A stretch of 64,000 bases of DNA. It comes from Bdellovibrionales bacterium (lineage in GTDB: Bacteria; Bdellovibrionota; Bdellovibrionia; Bdellovibrionales; JAUICD01). The stretch covers positions 32,001 through 96,000 of the forward strand of contig CBDANC010000015.1 in the NCBI GenBank assembly GCA_965197425.1, in the 5' to 3' direction. Below are positions 51,130 through 59,871 of the stretch, piece by piece (position 1 is the first letter of the stretch; the number at the start of each line of letters is the position of its first letter). The notes beneath the pieces are model-generated. The model saw nothing but the letters and a program-made list of their open reading frames with translations. It was not told the DNA's origin and did no database searches. The translations under genes were made by a program, and so were the position numbers.

Positions 51130-51412
51130 GCTCACCTTTATTTAACAAGTCCACTTGTTTTTGCCTCATTGGAAGACCTTTAGTAATGGAATCGGTTGTG
51201 AGGAAGGTGCAAAAACACAATGTGTTTTAACTACATAATTAAGGAAAACATGAGGTTTACGGAGACCTTTCGCAGCGTAATTCACATAACAAAAACCGAC
51301 TGTAGGGAGGTTATTTGAATTGGAAAATATAAAGATTTATCCCGTGAACCAATTGAACCATCTGGCAAAGCCAGAATTTTTGCTATGCTCAATCAGTGTT
51401 AGAGAAGGCCTT
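51130..51412 (+). repeat. Modular hairpin element with unique cargo
   Basis: AACAAGTCCACTTGTT...GGAAGACCTT|TAGTAATGGAATCGGTTGTGAGG, then the AATTGG/CCAATTGAACC module and TCTGGCAAAGCCAGA. Confidence 0.88.
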
Positions 51413-51530
51413 TGAGTTAGTGTTAGATACGGTGGCTCTTCAGGCACTAGCTAAAGGTATAGAAAAGAGCTTTCAAAACTTGTGTCTGGTATGGTTCGCT
51501 TCATAGAATGGTAGTAAGCGCGGGGGAATA

Positions 51531-52340
51531 ATGAGAGTTCTTAATTTTATTATAAGTTTTCTTATTTGTTTAGCTGTATCTGAGGTGTCTTTTTCTAAAG
51601 ACAAAGTGTTGGCTACGGTTAATTCAAAAAAAATAATGAAAAGTGATTTTGATAAAAAATATAAGGAAGTGGTTGATTCTACAATTAATCCTCCCAATAA
51701 AGATCAGTTTTTAGAAGATTTGGTAAGGTTTGAGGTTGGTGTTCAGGAAGCTAAAAAACAAAAGATTGCTGCAAATCCTATGGTAAGACAAGAAATAGAT
51801 AAGCTAACTTACAGATGGTTGTTAGAAAAAGAATTAAGCAAGTTTTCAGATCAAATCAAGGTTAGTAAGTCCGAGATGACGAAGTATTATAAGCAAAATC
51901 CAGAAATACGAACATCTCATATTTTAATAGAAATACCTCAAAACGCTTCCAAAAAACAAAGAGGAGCTGCTAATGCAAGGGCAAAAAAGATTTTGTCTGA
52001 AGTGAAGGCATCTAAAAAGTCATTTGAAAGTCTTGTAAAATTGTACACAGATGACATTCCTACTAAAAACACAGGAGGGGATTTAGGTTGGCAAACCAAG
52101 AGCAATATGCTGCCAGTTATCTATGCCGCTGCTGTTAAACTTAGAAAAGGTCGTGTATCTAATCTGGTAAGAACAAAATATGGTTATCATATCATAAAAC
52201 TTACAGGCAAGAAGTCATATCACCAGGCCAACAGAAGACAAATTGAGTTTGAAGTTTTTGAATACAAAAGAAAGCGATTGTTTGATAGATATTTTGCAGG
52301 ATTGAAAAAGAAATACAAAATCAAAAAATACTCCCTTTAG
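51531..52340 (+). CDS. Parvulin-type peptidylprolyl isomerase (PrsA/PpiC-like)
   Basis: Signal peptide, SHILI, GGDLGW, RTKYGYHIIK. Confidence 0.9.
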   Translation: MRVLNFIISFLICLAVSEVSFSKDKVLATVNSKKIMKSDFDKKYKEVVDSTINPPNKDQFLEDLVRFEVGVQEAKKQKIAANPMVRQEIDKLTYRWLLEKELSKFSDQIKVSKSEMTKYYKQNPEIRTSHILIEIPQNASKKQRGAANARAKKILSEVKASKKSFESLVKLYTDDIPTKNTGGDLGWQTKSNMLPVIYAAAVKLRKGRVSNLVRTKYGYHIIKLTGKKSYHQANRRQIEFEVFEYKRKRLFDRYFAGLKKKYKIKKYSL

Positions 52341-52367
52341 TGATGTAGGTTGTGTTAGACATGGCCT

Positions 52368-53300
52368 ATGCAACCTAGATTCATTGACTTGTTTCGCTCT
52401 GTAATCCAGATACTTTTGATCCTTTTACTAACTGTTTCTTGTACTAAAAAGGATCGTAAAGTTGTTTTGGTGAAGGTTGGTGAACATAGCCTCATGTCTA
52501 ATGAATTTGCTAGTTTGTTAGCTAACAGAATTAAGCAATTTAATGTTATAGAGCTTAAAAACCCGCAAACCTTATCTGCAATAAAAACACAAGTGGTAAA
52601 TGAATTTATAAATGAAAGTCTTTTTAAGATATGGGCATCTCAAAATGATATTAAAGTACCAGAAACTGAAGTTTTAGATGAACTGAAAAAAATAAAGAAC
52701 AATTATAAAACAGACCTTTCATTTAAGGAGGCTTTAACAAATTCAGATGCTACATTAAAGCAATTAAGATCTAAAATAAGAATTTCTCTTTTAAAAAAGA
52801 AAGTATTTGATAAACTGAAAAAAAATATAACTCCACCATCAGAAGGTGATATCAAGTCATACTTTGAGGCAAATAAAGAAGACTTTAAGCTCAAACCCAG
52901 ATTAAAAATAGAACAAATAATTTTAACAAAACAGGAAGATGCAGATTTAACATACGAACAGCTCGTAAATGGCAATATACCTGAAAAGGTAAAACAAAAC
53001 TTAGAGCACCATTGGATATATGAAAGCGGACTTCAAGTTTTTGAGGAGGCATTTAAAATGGAACTCAACGAATGGAGCCCTGTGTTAAAATCTGAGTATG
53101 GCTATCACATTTACAGGGTTTTGTTAAAAGAGGATGAAAAATATTTATCTTTTGAAAAAGCAAAAGACTTGGTAAAAGACAGGTTGCTAGAGACCAGGCA
53201 GGAGGCAAGGTATTCTGATTGGTTAGAGGATATGCTTGGTAGTGTTGAAATATTTAAAAATGATGAGGCATTGAAGAATGTTATTGTTGAGGCTAGTTAA
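52368..53300 (+). CDS. Parvulin-type PPIase lipoprotein
   Basis: LTVSC lipobox, SurA-N-like helical domain, SPVLKSEYGYHIY. Confidence 0.85.
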   Translation: MQPRFIDLFRSVIQILLILLLTVSCTKKDRKVVLVKVGEHSLMSNEFASLLANRIKQFNVIELKNPQTLSAIKTQVVNEFINESLFKIWASQNDIKVPETEVLDELKKIKNNYKTDLSFKEALTNSDATLKQLRSKIRISLLKKKVFDKLKKNITPPSEGDIKSYFEANKEDFKLKPRLKIEQIILTKQEDADLTYEQLVNGNIPEKVKQNLEHHWIYESGLQVFEEAFKMELNEWSPVLKSEYGYHIYRVLLKEDEKYLSFEKAKDLVKDRLLETRQEARYSDWLEDMLGSVEIFKNDEALKNVIVEAS

Positions 53301-54231
53301 TTCGCTCATTTTAAGAAGACCTATTTTAGGTTTTGTTTTCACTGTTTTTATCTCAGGCCATGCTCAAGCTTTGCTAGTTGAGAAGATTTTGGTTGTGGTG
53401 AATGATTCTATAATTACCATGACTGATGTTGAGCTTTATAAGAAGAGTTTAAAAACTGGCGAGTTGTTGGATGAGATGTTGAGTGAGACTGAAATAAAAA
53501 AACTTTTGAATGATAATGATGCTTTGTTGGACAAACTTATAGACAAAAAAATAATAGAGTATGAGGTAAAAAAGAAAGGATATGCTATTGCGGATAGTCA
53601 GTTGGAAAAGGAGATTCGTAACATATACAGAAGTTATAATATGACAAAGAATGAGCTTAAGAAGGCGTTAATGGACAAGGGTTTTAGTTTTGATGAGTAT
53701 TTATCTTTTATGAGGACCAATATTGAAAGACAGAATCTTATATCTCAGGAGATTGCTTCTAAAATTACAATTACTGATTCTGATATTGCCAATTATTACT
53801 ATTCAAAAAATAGTGAGGCTCCTTCGTCTATACGTCAATACACTGTATCTCAATTATATTGGAATGGAGAAAAACTTGGTGAAGCTAAGCATGCTCTTTT
53901 AAGCTTGAAAAAAGGTGATGTTAGTTTTAATGAGTTGGTAAAAACAATAGGTGGTAGTTCTGGCAAACTTGGAACATTTAAGCCCAATGATTTTTCTAAG
54001 GAGTTTTCAGCTGTTTTGGCTTTAGATCCTGGTGAATTTTCTGATGTAATAAAGAGTCCTGCTGGATTTCATATTTTGAGACTAGATAAAAAGGAGCTTG
54101 TTGCTAATCCTCAAATAGAGGCAATGAAGAATGAGTTGACATTGGAGTTGAGTGATCAACTTTTAAAAGCTCGCCTGGAATCTTGGCTTAGAGAAAAGAA
54201 AGGCAAATCGTTTATCAGAATTAACAAATGA
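53278..54231 (+). CDS. surA: SurA-family chaperone/PPIase
   Basis: EKILVVVNDSIIT SurA N-domain, SDVIKSPAGFHIL; precedes pdxA. Confidence 0.8.
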   Translation: MLLLRLVNSLILRRPILGFVFTVFISGHAQALLVEKILVVVNDSIITMTDVELYKKSLKTGELLDEMLSETEIKKLLNDNDALLDKLIDKKIIEYEVKKKGYAIADSQLEKEIRNIYRSYNMTKNELKKALMDKGFSFDEYLSFMRTNIERQNLISQEIASKITITDSDIANYYYSKNSEAPSSIRQYTVSQLYWNGEKLGEAKHALLSLKKGDVSFNELVKTIGGSSGKLGTFKPNDFSKEFSAVLALDPGEFSDVIKSPAGFHILRLDKKELVANPQIEAMKNELTLELSDQLLKARLESWLREKKGKSFIRINK

Positions 54232-55145
54232 AGACTATATCCATCACCACAGGCGATAGAAGATCTGTGGGCCTTGAAGTTACAACAAAAGCCTTAGGTA
54301 GACTTTCTGTGAGTTTGAAGAATTCTTGTATTTTTACTTGGAGAGCTTGCGATAGTAACGATAACTACTTTAATGAACTAAAGAAAAAATTTTCTTATAA
54401 AATAGTGGATTCTCTGTCCAAGGCATTTAAAGCAAAAAAAGATGGATATTTGTTAGTTGATATAAAGTCCTCTGCTAGTGAATATGAGTGGGTCGAGCTT
54501 TCTGTAAAAGAGGCTTTGAAAGGAAATTTTGAAGCTATTGTTACAGGGCCTTTAACAAAAAATGAAAAGTATAAAGGGCACACAGATCTTTTAAGAAAGC
54601 TTACTAACAGAGAGTTATTTATGTGCTTTGTTGGTTCAAAGTTTTCGATATTACTAGTAACAGACCATATCTCTCTAGGGGAGGTTTCTAAGGCTATAAC
54701 CCTAGAAAAACTTCAATCTGCAATTCAATGTTCTAATGAGCTTTTAAAGCTAGTGAGTGCAAGCAGTAGTGGAGGAAGTATTGGATTATTGGGTTTAAAT
54801 CCTCATGCTGGGGAGGATGGAGTTCTTGGTAGAGAAGAGGAAGATTATAAAAAGGCAATTGATTGGGCCTTAAGAAATGAAATTCCTATAATAGGGCCTT
54901 TGGCTCCTGACACAGCTTTCAAGTCAGATGTTTTAAAGAGGTTTCAAGTTTTTGTAGCAAATTATCATGATCAAGGCTTAATTCCGTTCAAGGCTTTGCA
55001 TAAGCCCCACAGCACTGTAAATATAACTCTTGGGTTGCCATTTGTTAGAACAAGTTGTGATCACGGTTTAGCAATTGACATTGCTGGGAAAAACTTAGCT
55101 AACGAACTGTCTATGTATAGAGCCATAGAATTTGCATTAAGGTGA
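54228..55145 (+). CDS. pdxA: 4-hydroxythreonine-4-phosphate dehydrogenase
   Basis: ITTGD, GHTD, VTDHI, GLNPHAGE, YHDQGLIP, TLGLPFVRTS.DHG. Confidence 0.93.
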   Translation: MKTISITTGDRRSVGLEVTTKALGRLSVSLKNSCIFTWRACDSNDNYFNELKKKFSYKIVDSLSKAFKAKKDGYLLVDIKSSASEYEWVELSVKEALKGNFEAIVTGPLTKNEKYKGHTDLLRKLTNRELFMCFVGSKFSILLVTDHISLGEVSKAITLEKLQSAIQCSNELLKLVSASSSGGSIGLLGLNPHAGEDGVLGREEEDYKKAIDWALRNEIPIIGPLAPDTAFKSDVLKRFQVFVANYHDQGLIPFKALHKPHSTVNITLGLPFVRTSCDHGLAIDIAGKNLANELSMYRAIEFALR

Positions 55146-55276
55146 GATCCCCTGCGGGAGGCTTTTGAAGCCTTTCGGCTTCACCGTTTTTTACTATTAT
55201 GGTAAGGTTCGTGGTAACAGCTTTAACTCTGGGACGCTTCGCTTGAACCCTTCGTTAAAGCTATTGCAACTCACCT
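55139..55276. repeat. Structured 138-bp segment bounded by inverted AGGTGAG/CTCACCT
   Basis: End motif shared with the dispersed family; internal hairpins GAAGCC-TTTC-GGCTTC and AGCTTTAAC/GTTAAAGCT. Confidence 0.6.
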
Positions 55277-55344
55277 ACATCCTTACATTTATAATACGGT
55301 GTAATTTATATTAGAGTTGGGTGTAAGTGACGGGATTGGCTGTA

Positions 55345-55607
55345 AGGCACCCCCCTACGGGGGGAGGTATTTGATGGTGGTGAAAACATAGGTTATATTT
55401 TGTACTCCACCATTTAAATACCTGTGCCGTAGGCACCCTCCTACGGGGGAGGTATTTGATGGTGGTGAAAACATAGGTTATATTTTGTACTCCACCATTT
55501 AAATACCTGTGCCGTAGGCACCCTCCTACGGGGGAGGTATTTGATGGTGGTGAAAATATAGGTTATATTTTGTACTCCGCCATTTAAATACCCGTGCCGT
55601 AGGCACC
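55345..55607 (+). repeat. Tandem array of three ~85-bp multi-hairpin units
   Basis: AGGCAC recurs at 55345, 55431, 55516 and 55601; the units are near-identical. Confidence 0.95.
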
Positions 55608-55680
55608 GCTTACCTGCTTTTGCCTTGCGCTATAGCAGATTTGGTGGTATTTGCTATAAAACTTTGATTAAGAGGTGGAT

Positions 55681-56082
55681 ATGGCATCGTATGAAGGTGT
55701 TGTGGTTGTAAAATCTAGTTTAGGCCATGAAGAGCAGAAACAAATTCTTGCTAAGAGCAAAGATGTGATCTCCAAAAATGGTGGAGATTTAAATCACTGT
55801 GATACTTGGGGTATCATGGGTTTGTCCAATCCTATAAAAAGTATAACGGATGGGATATTTTTTCATTACACATTCAATGCTAAGGGAGAATCTCTCAAAG
55901 AGATCGAACGGCTCTACAGATTAGATTCAAACGTTATAAAATATATTCATATTAACTTAGGTGCTAATGTTGATTTAAAAAAGCATGTAGATGAGTACAA
56001 GGATAGACTTACTAGATCTGCTCAGGCTGAAGAAGAAAGAGAACAAAAAAGAAGAGAAAAGAAAAGCAGTAAGTATTTTTAG
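55681..56082 (+). CDS. rpsF: 30S ribosomal protein S6
   Basis: MASYEGVVVV, DTWG...LSNPIK, EIERLYRLDSNVIKY; AGAGG SD upstream. Confidence 0.88.
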   Translation: MASYEGVVVVKSSLGHEEQKQILAKSKDVISKNGGDLNHCDTWGIMGLSNPIKSITDGIFFHYTFNAKGESLKEIERLYRLDSNVIKYIHINLGANVDLKKHVDEYKDRLTRSAQAEEEREQKRREKKSSKYF

Positions 56083-56102
56083 AGAGAAATAAGAGGTGTA
56101 TT

Positions 56103-56912
56103 TTGAGAAAAACGGTAGGACTTTTTTTATCTACACTTCTTTTGGCTGTGTTGTTTGCTCCACTTTGTAGTATTCCGTTGTTAAGCTTAGCGAAGCATGA
56201 TGATCGTGGTTTTTATGCGACAAGTTTCTTTGTGTTCTCTTTATTGTTTGGATTGTCTCATTTAACTGGGTATTTTCTCTGGGCTCCTTTTTTGAGTGTG
56301 GCTTTGTTGGTATTTTTGTTTCACTCGTTCAGAGTAAATGGATTTAATTTATTTGGTTCAGGAGCATTATCTGTGTTTGGAGTTTTAGGCGTAATATCTC
56401 TGGGGCTTTATTTTTGGCTTACTTATCAAAACCTTTCTTTTTTGCCTTGGATCTCTGGAAACTTGGCTCCTTTCTCTTTAGAGCATCAGGAGACTTTTAT
56501 TTCTCTTCTTCCTGCTATTGTTACAACTATGTTGATTGTTTCTCTTTGGATTGGATTGTCTTACAACAATTATAGGTCGTTGGCGATGGCTTTTAAGGTG
56601 CCTGATATTTGTATTTTTATCTTAGGACTTTCTATAGGACTTGCTTTTATAGATCATGGTTTAGATTGGTTGAAGGTTTTTGGGTTAAATATTTTTGTGG
56701 TAATGATAGTTGTTTATTTTTTGTTAGGAACCTCGATTATAACTATGATTTTTAATTTAAATAAGGTTGGGTTTTTGTGGCAACTGTTGATTTGTTTACT
56801 ATTGGTGCTGTATGCTCCTTGGGCTATATTGTTGTTGGGAGTATTTGACTATTGGTTAGATTTGAGAACTAAGACAATAACTCGTATGGCAGAAAAAAAT
56901 ACTAAAGGGTGA
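56103..56912 (+). CDS. YybS/DUF2232 family membrane protein
   Basis: Polytopic; C-terminal LGVFDYWLDLR; conserved position before rplI. Confidence 0.8.
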   Translation: MRKTVGLFLSTLLLAVLFAPLCSIPLLSLAKHDDRGFYATSFFVFSLLFGLSHLTGYFLWAPFLSVALLVFLFHSFRVNGFNLFGSGALSVFGVLGVISLGLYFWLTYQNLSFLPWISGNLAPFSLEHQETFISLLPAIVTTMLIVSLWIGLSYNNYRSLAMAFKVPDICIFILGLSIGLAFIDHGLDWLKVFGLNIFVVMIVVYFLLGTSIITMIFNLNKVGFLWQLLICLLLVLYAPWAILLLGVFDYWLDLRTKTITRMAEKNTKG

Positions 56913-56915
56913 ATT

Positions 56916-57515
56916 ATGAAAGTTATTTTAACATCTGATGTAAGAAATTTAGGGAAAGTTGGTGATGTTGTAAGCGTAAAAAATGGTTATGCCAGAAACT
57001 ATTTATTACCTAAGGGAGTGGCTAGAGTTGCTACTGAGAGGAGAATGAAGGAGTTAAATCACTTGTTGAGTGTTGCAAAGGCCAAGAAATCCCAAATATT
57101 TGCGACTAGAAAGGAGTTATTGGACAAGCTTTGTGGCATAAAACTTACTATGAAGGCTCGTTCAAGTCATGAAAGTGACAAGCTATTTGGTTCCGTAACA
57201 AATGTGGATATATCCAACGCACTCTTTGAAAAAGGATTTGAGATAGATAAGCGCGATGTAGTTTTAAAGAATAACATCAAGACAATTGGGGAGCACAGTG
57301 TGAAAATCAGCCTGGGAGATAACTTAAGTGGAGATATAGTTGTGGTGGTCGAAAAAGAAACAGATGACAGCCTTGATGGTGCTAATAGAGATTTAAAAAC
57401 AAAAAAAGCCAATGAAAAAGACGATGTTACCACTGATAAAAAAGACAATCCAAATACCGAAAAAAATGAATCTAACAAAGAAGTCTCCAATGAAGATAGT
57501 GCTAAAGAAGAATAA
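56916..57515 (+). CDS. rplI: 50S ribosomal protein L9 with charged C-terminal extension
   Basis: MKVIL..V.NLGKVGDVVSVKNGYARNYLLP, KLFGSVT, IKTIG. Confidence 0.96.
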   Translation: MKVILTSDVRNLGKVGDVVSVKNGYARNYLLPKGVARVATERRMKELNHLLSVAKAKKSQIFATRKELLDKLCGIKLTMKARSSHESDKLFGSVTNVDISNALFEKGFEIDKRDVVLKNNIKTIGEHSVKISLGDNLSGDIVVVVEKETDDSLDGANRDLKTKKANEKDDVTTDKKDNPNTEKNESNKEVSNEDSAKEE

Positions 57516-57552
57516 CAATTAGAAGGTTAAAAATTAATTTTTAAGGTCGTTT

Positions 57553-58935
57553 ATGCAAAAAAAGGAATCTGTATTAAAGAATGTTGCTTTGCCTCATAGT
57601 TTAGAGGCTGAGAGATCTTTAATTGCTTCTGTGATGATTTCTCAGGACGTTATGGATGATTTGGATCAGGTCATCAGTTCTGATGATTTTTATAAACCTG
57701 CTCATCAAACTGTTTATCAGGCATTTGAATATTTAAGTAAAAATAAAGATGTTTGTGATCTTGTGACCGTATCTAATAGGCTTACGGAGATGGGAGAGTT
57801 TGAGGCTGTAGGTGGTACCCAGTTTTTGCAAGAGATATATGACTCTGCTTTTACAGCAGCCAACATAATGCACTATGCGAAGATTATAAGGGATAAGGCT
57901 TTTGTAAGAAGGCTGATTAAGCTGTGTCAGGGTACAATTGAGGACGCTTTTGGGCTTGAGTCGGATGTAGAGGATTTTATAGCTAAGGCAGAGAGTGAGA
58001 TATATGCTCTCTCTGACAATAGAACGACATCTTGGTTGAAGCCTGCAAAAGATATAGTAAATGTAAGTATGGATAGGCTTCAGGATCTATTTTCAAATAA
58101 ATCTGATGTTACTGGAATTCCTACTGGTTTTGTTGAATTGGACAAAATAACGACTGGCCTTCAATCTAAGGATTTAATTATTTTGGCTGCTAGGCCTTCA
58201 ATGGGTAAAACTGCTCTTAGTCTTAACATGGCAATAAATTCAGCTATTAGGCACAAGAAGAAGGTAGCATATTTTTCTCTTGAAATGTCTAAAGAGCAGT
58301 TGATGTTTAGAATATTATCTATGGAATCTAGAATAAGACTTTCTGATATTAGAGTTGGTAAGATCAAAAATGCAGACTGGAAGGTGTTAGTTGATACAGC
58401 TTCTAGAATATCTCCTGCTCCGTTGTTTATAGATGATACATCAGATGTGGGGCCTAATGAAATTTTATCTAAGTGTAGAAGGCTGAAAAACAAACATGGA
58501 TTAGATTTGATTGTTGTAGATTATCTACAGCTTATGGATGTAAAACATAAGGTAGAAAGTAGAGAGAGGGCTGTCTCTGAAATTTCTAAGATGTTAAAAA
58601 AAATAGCTAAAGAGCTTGATGTCGCGATCTTGGCTTTGAGCCAACTTAATAGGTCTGTAGAAAGCAGATCTAGCAAAAGACCTATGTTATCGGATTTAAG
58701 AGAGTCTGGTTCTATAGAACAAGATGCTGATGTTATAATGATGATTTACCGTGAAGATTATTATGAGAAGGAAAATACCAGTAACAGTGGTGTTGCGGAG
58801 ATCATTGTGAGTAAGCAAAGAAACGGGCCTACAGGTAAAATTTCTCTAGCTTGGGTTCCTGAGTTTGGAACTTTTGCAAATCTTGCACCTAAAAGTTATG
58901 TTTCAGGTGGGGTAGGTCCTGAACTTAGGGATTAA
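57553..58935 (+). CDS. dnaB: Replicative DNA helicase
   Basis: PHSLEAE, AARPSMGKT, FSLEMS, VDYLQL, LSQLNR, DLRESGSIEQDAD, KQRNGPTG. Confidence 0.97.
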   Translation: MQKKESVLKNVALPHSLEAERSLIASVMISQDVMDDLDQVISSDDFYKPAHQTVYQAFEYLSKNKDVCDLVTVSNRLTEMGEFEAVGGTQFLQEIYDSAFTAANIMHYAKIIRDKAFVRRLIKLCQGTIEDAFGLESDVEDFIAKAESEIYALSDNRTTSWLKPAKDIVNVSMDRLQDLFSNKSDVTGIPTGFVELDKITTGLQSKDLIILAARPSMGKTALSLNMAINSAIRHKKKVAYFSLEMSKEQLMFRILSMESRIRLSDIRVGKIKNADWKVLVDTASRISPAPLFIDDTSDVGPNEILSKCRRLKNKHGLDLIVVDYLQLMDVKHKVESRERAVSEISKMLKKIAKELDVAILALSQLNRSVESRSSKRPMLSDLRESGSIEQDADVIMMIYREDYYEKENTSNSGVAEIIVSKQRNGPTGKISLAWVPEFGTFANLAPKSYVSGGVGPELRD

Positions 58936-58942
58936 TAAACTC

Positions 58943-59274
58943 AAGGTCTTCCGAATGAGACTAAAAGATGGATTGGTGAAGTAAAGGACAGAGTCCAAAC
59001 GAAACCAAAACAACTTTTAGTCTCATGGTTGCCCAGTTCAAAGATAAGCCTAACGAGGCCAAATAAATGGACTGGTGCAACGAGTGTACAAAGTACAAGT
59101 GAAACCAGAACATTGGTTCAATTGGCTCACGGGATAAATCTTTATACTTTCCAATTGAAATAACCTCCCTGCGGTCGGTTTTTTGGCCAAGTGGCTCCTT
59201 CCCGGTGGACCTCACAGCCAATACCCTACCTCTACACATGTCATCAAACTCATACACAAGGTCTTCCGAACGAG
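58943..59274 (-). repeat. Modular hairpin element chain (reverse orientation)
   Basis: AAGGTCTTCCGAA at 58943 and 59258; stems TGAGACTAAAAG/CTTTTAGTCTCA and GGCCAAA/TTTGGCC. Confidence 0.92.
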
Positions 59275-59367
59275 ATCCAACACTAATTTATCTTTCATTA
59301 AATTAACTTGTGATTTTTGGTTTCTTTTTAAAACTTATTTTTTAAATCAAGTAAACAATAAAAACTT

Positions 59368-59664
59368 TTATCTGTAACTTCTTAGGTTTAGTTTGTGTAA
59401 GTCTATTTTCTTTTTAAGTGTGTTTCTGTTTATACCCAGAACTTGTGCAGACTTAACTTGATTGCCTCTATTAGACTTTAATACTAGTTCTAACAAAGGT
59501 TTTTCTGTTTGCCCCATTATGACATTGTATATGCCACTAAGATCTGCTTCGGAACCTTCTTGTTGCTCAAAGAAAAATTCAAGTTTCTTTCTGACAATGT
59601 CTTCCAGGCTAGTTGATTTTAAGTTGGCAACCAAAAGGTTATCAGGTGAACTAACGCTATCCAT
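59368..59664 (-). CDS. fis: Fis family DNA-binding protein (98 aa)
   Basis: EKPLLELVL...GNQVKSAQVLGINRNTLKKK; ATG at 59664 after GAGGGG. Confidence 0.85.
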   Translation of the reverse strand: MDSVSSPDNLLVANLKSTSLEDIVRKKLEFFFEQQEGSEADLSGIYNVIMGQTEKPLLELVLKSNRGNQVKSAQVLGINRNTLKKKIDLHKLNLRSYR

Positions 59665-59871
59665 ATGACCCCTCTTTTTTATCGTTTTGAGAATAAGCTG
59701 ATAGGTATCTCTATTTTCTATTTTTTGCAAAGAATTTTTCAAATTATGCAACACAATAACCTTCGATCAAAAAAAAATTTCAATTTAAAAAAAATAAATA
59801 ATTTACAACCTAGGGCTAGTTTTAGTTATCTCCAATTAAGTTCTCTTTGGAAAAGTAGGTAAACTTATACT

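Noticed and set aside
50995..51146. tmRNA (GGGGCT... start; ANAKNFNNNEYLA resembles a tag peptide)
   Set aside because: No tRNA-like 3' end (T-arm, CCA acceptor) and the peptide does not end in xAA-stop
55345..55607. CRISPR array
   Set aside because: The whole 85-bp unit is repeated with no unique spacers, and there are no cas genes in the window
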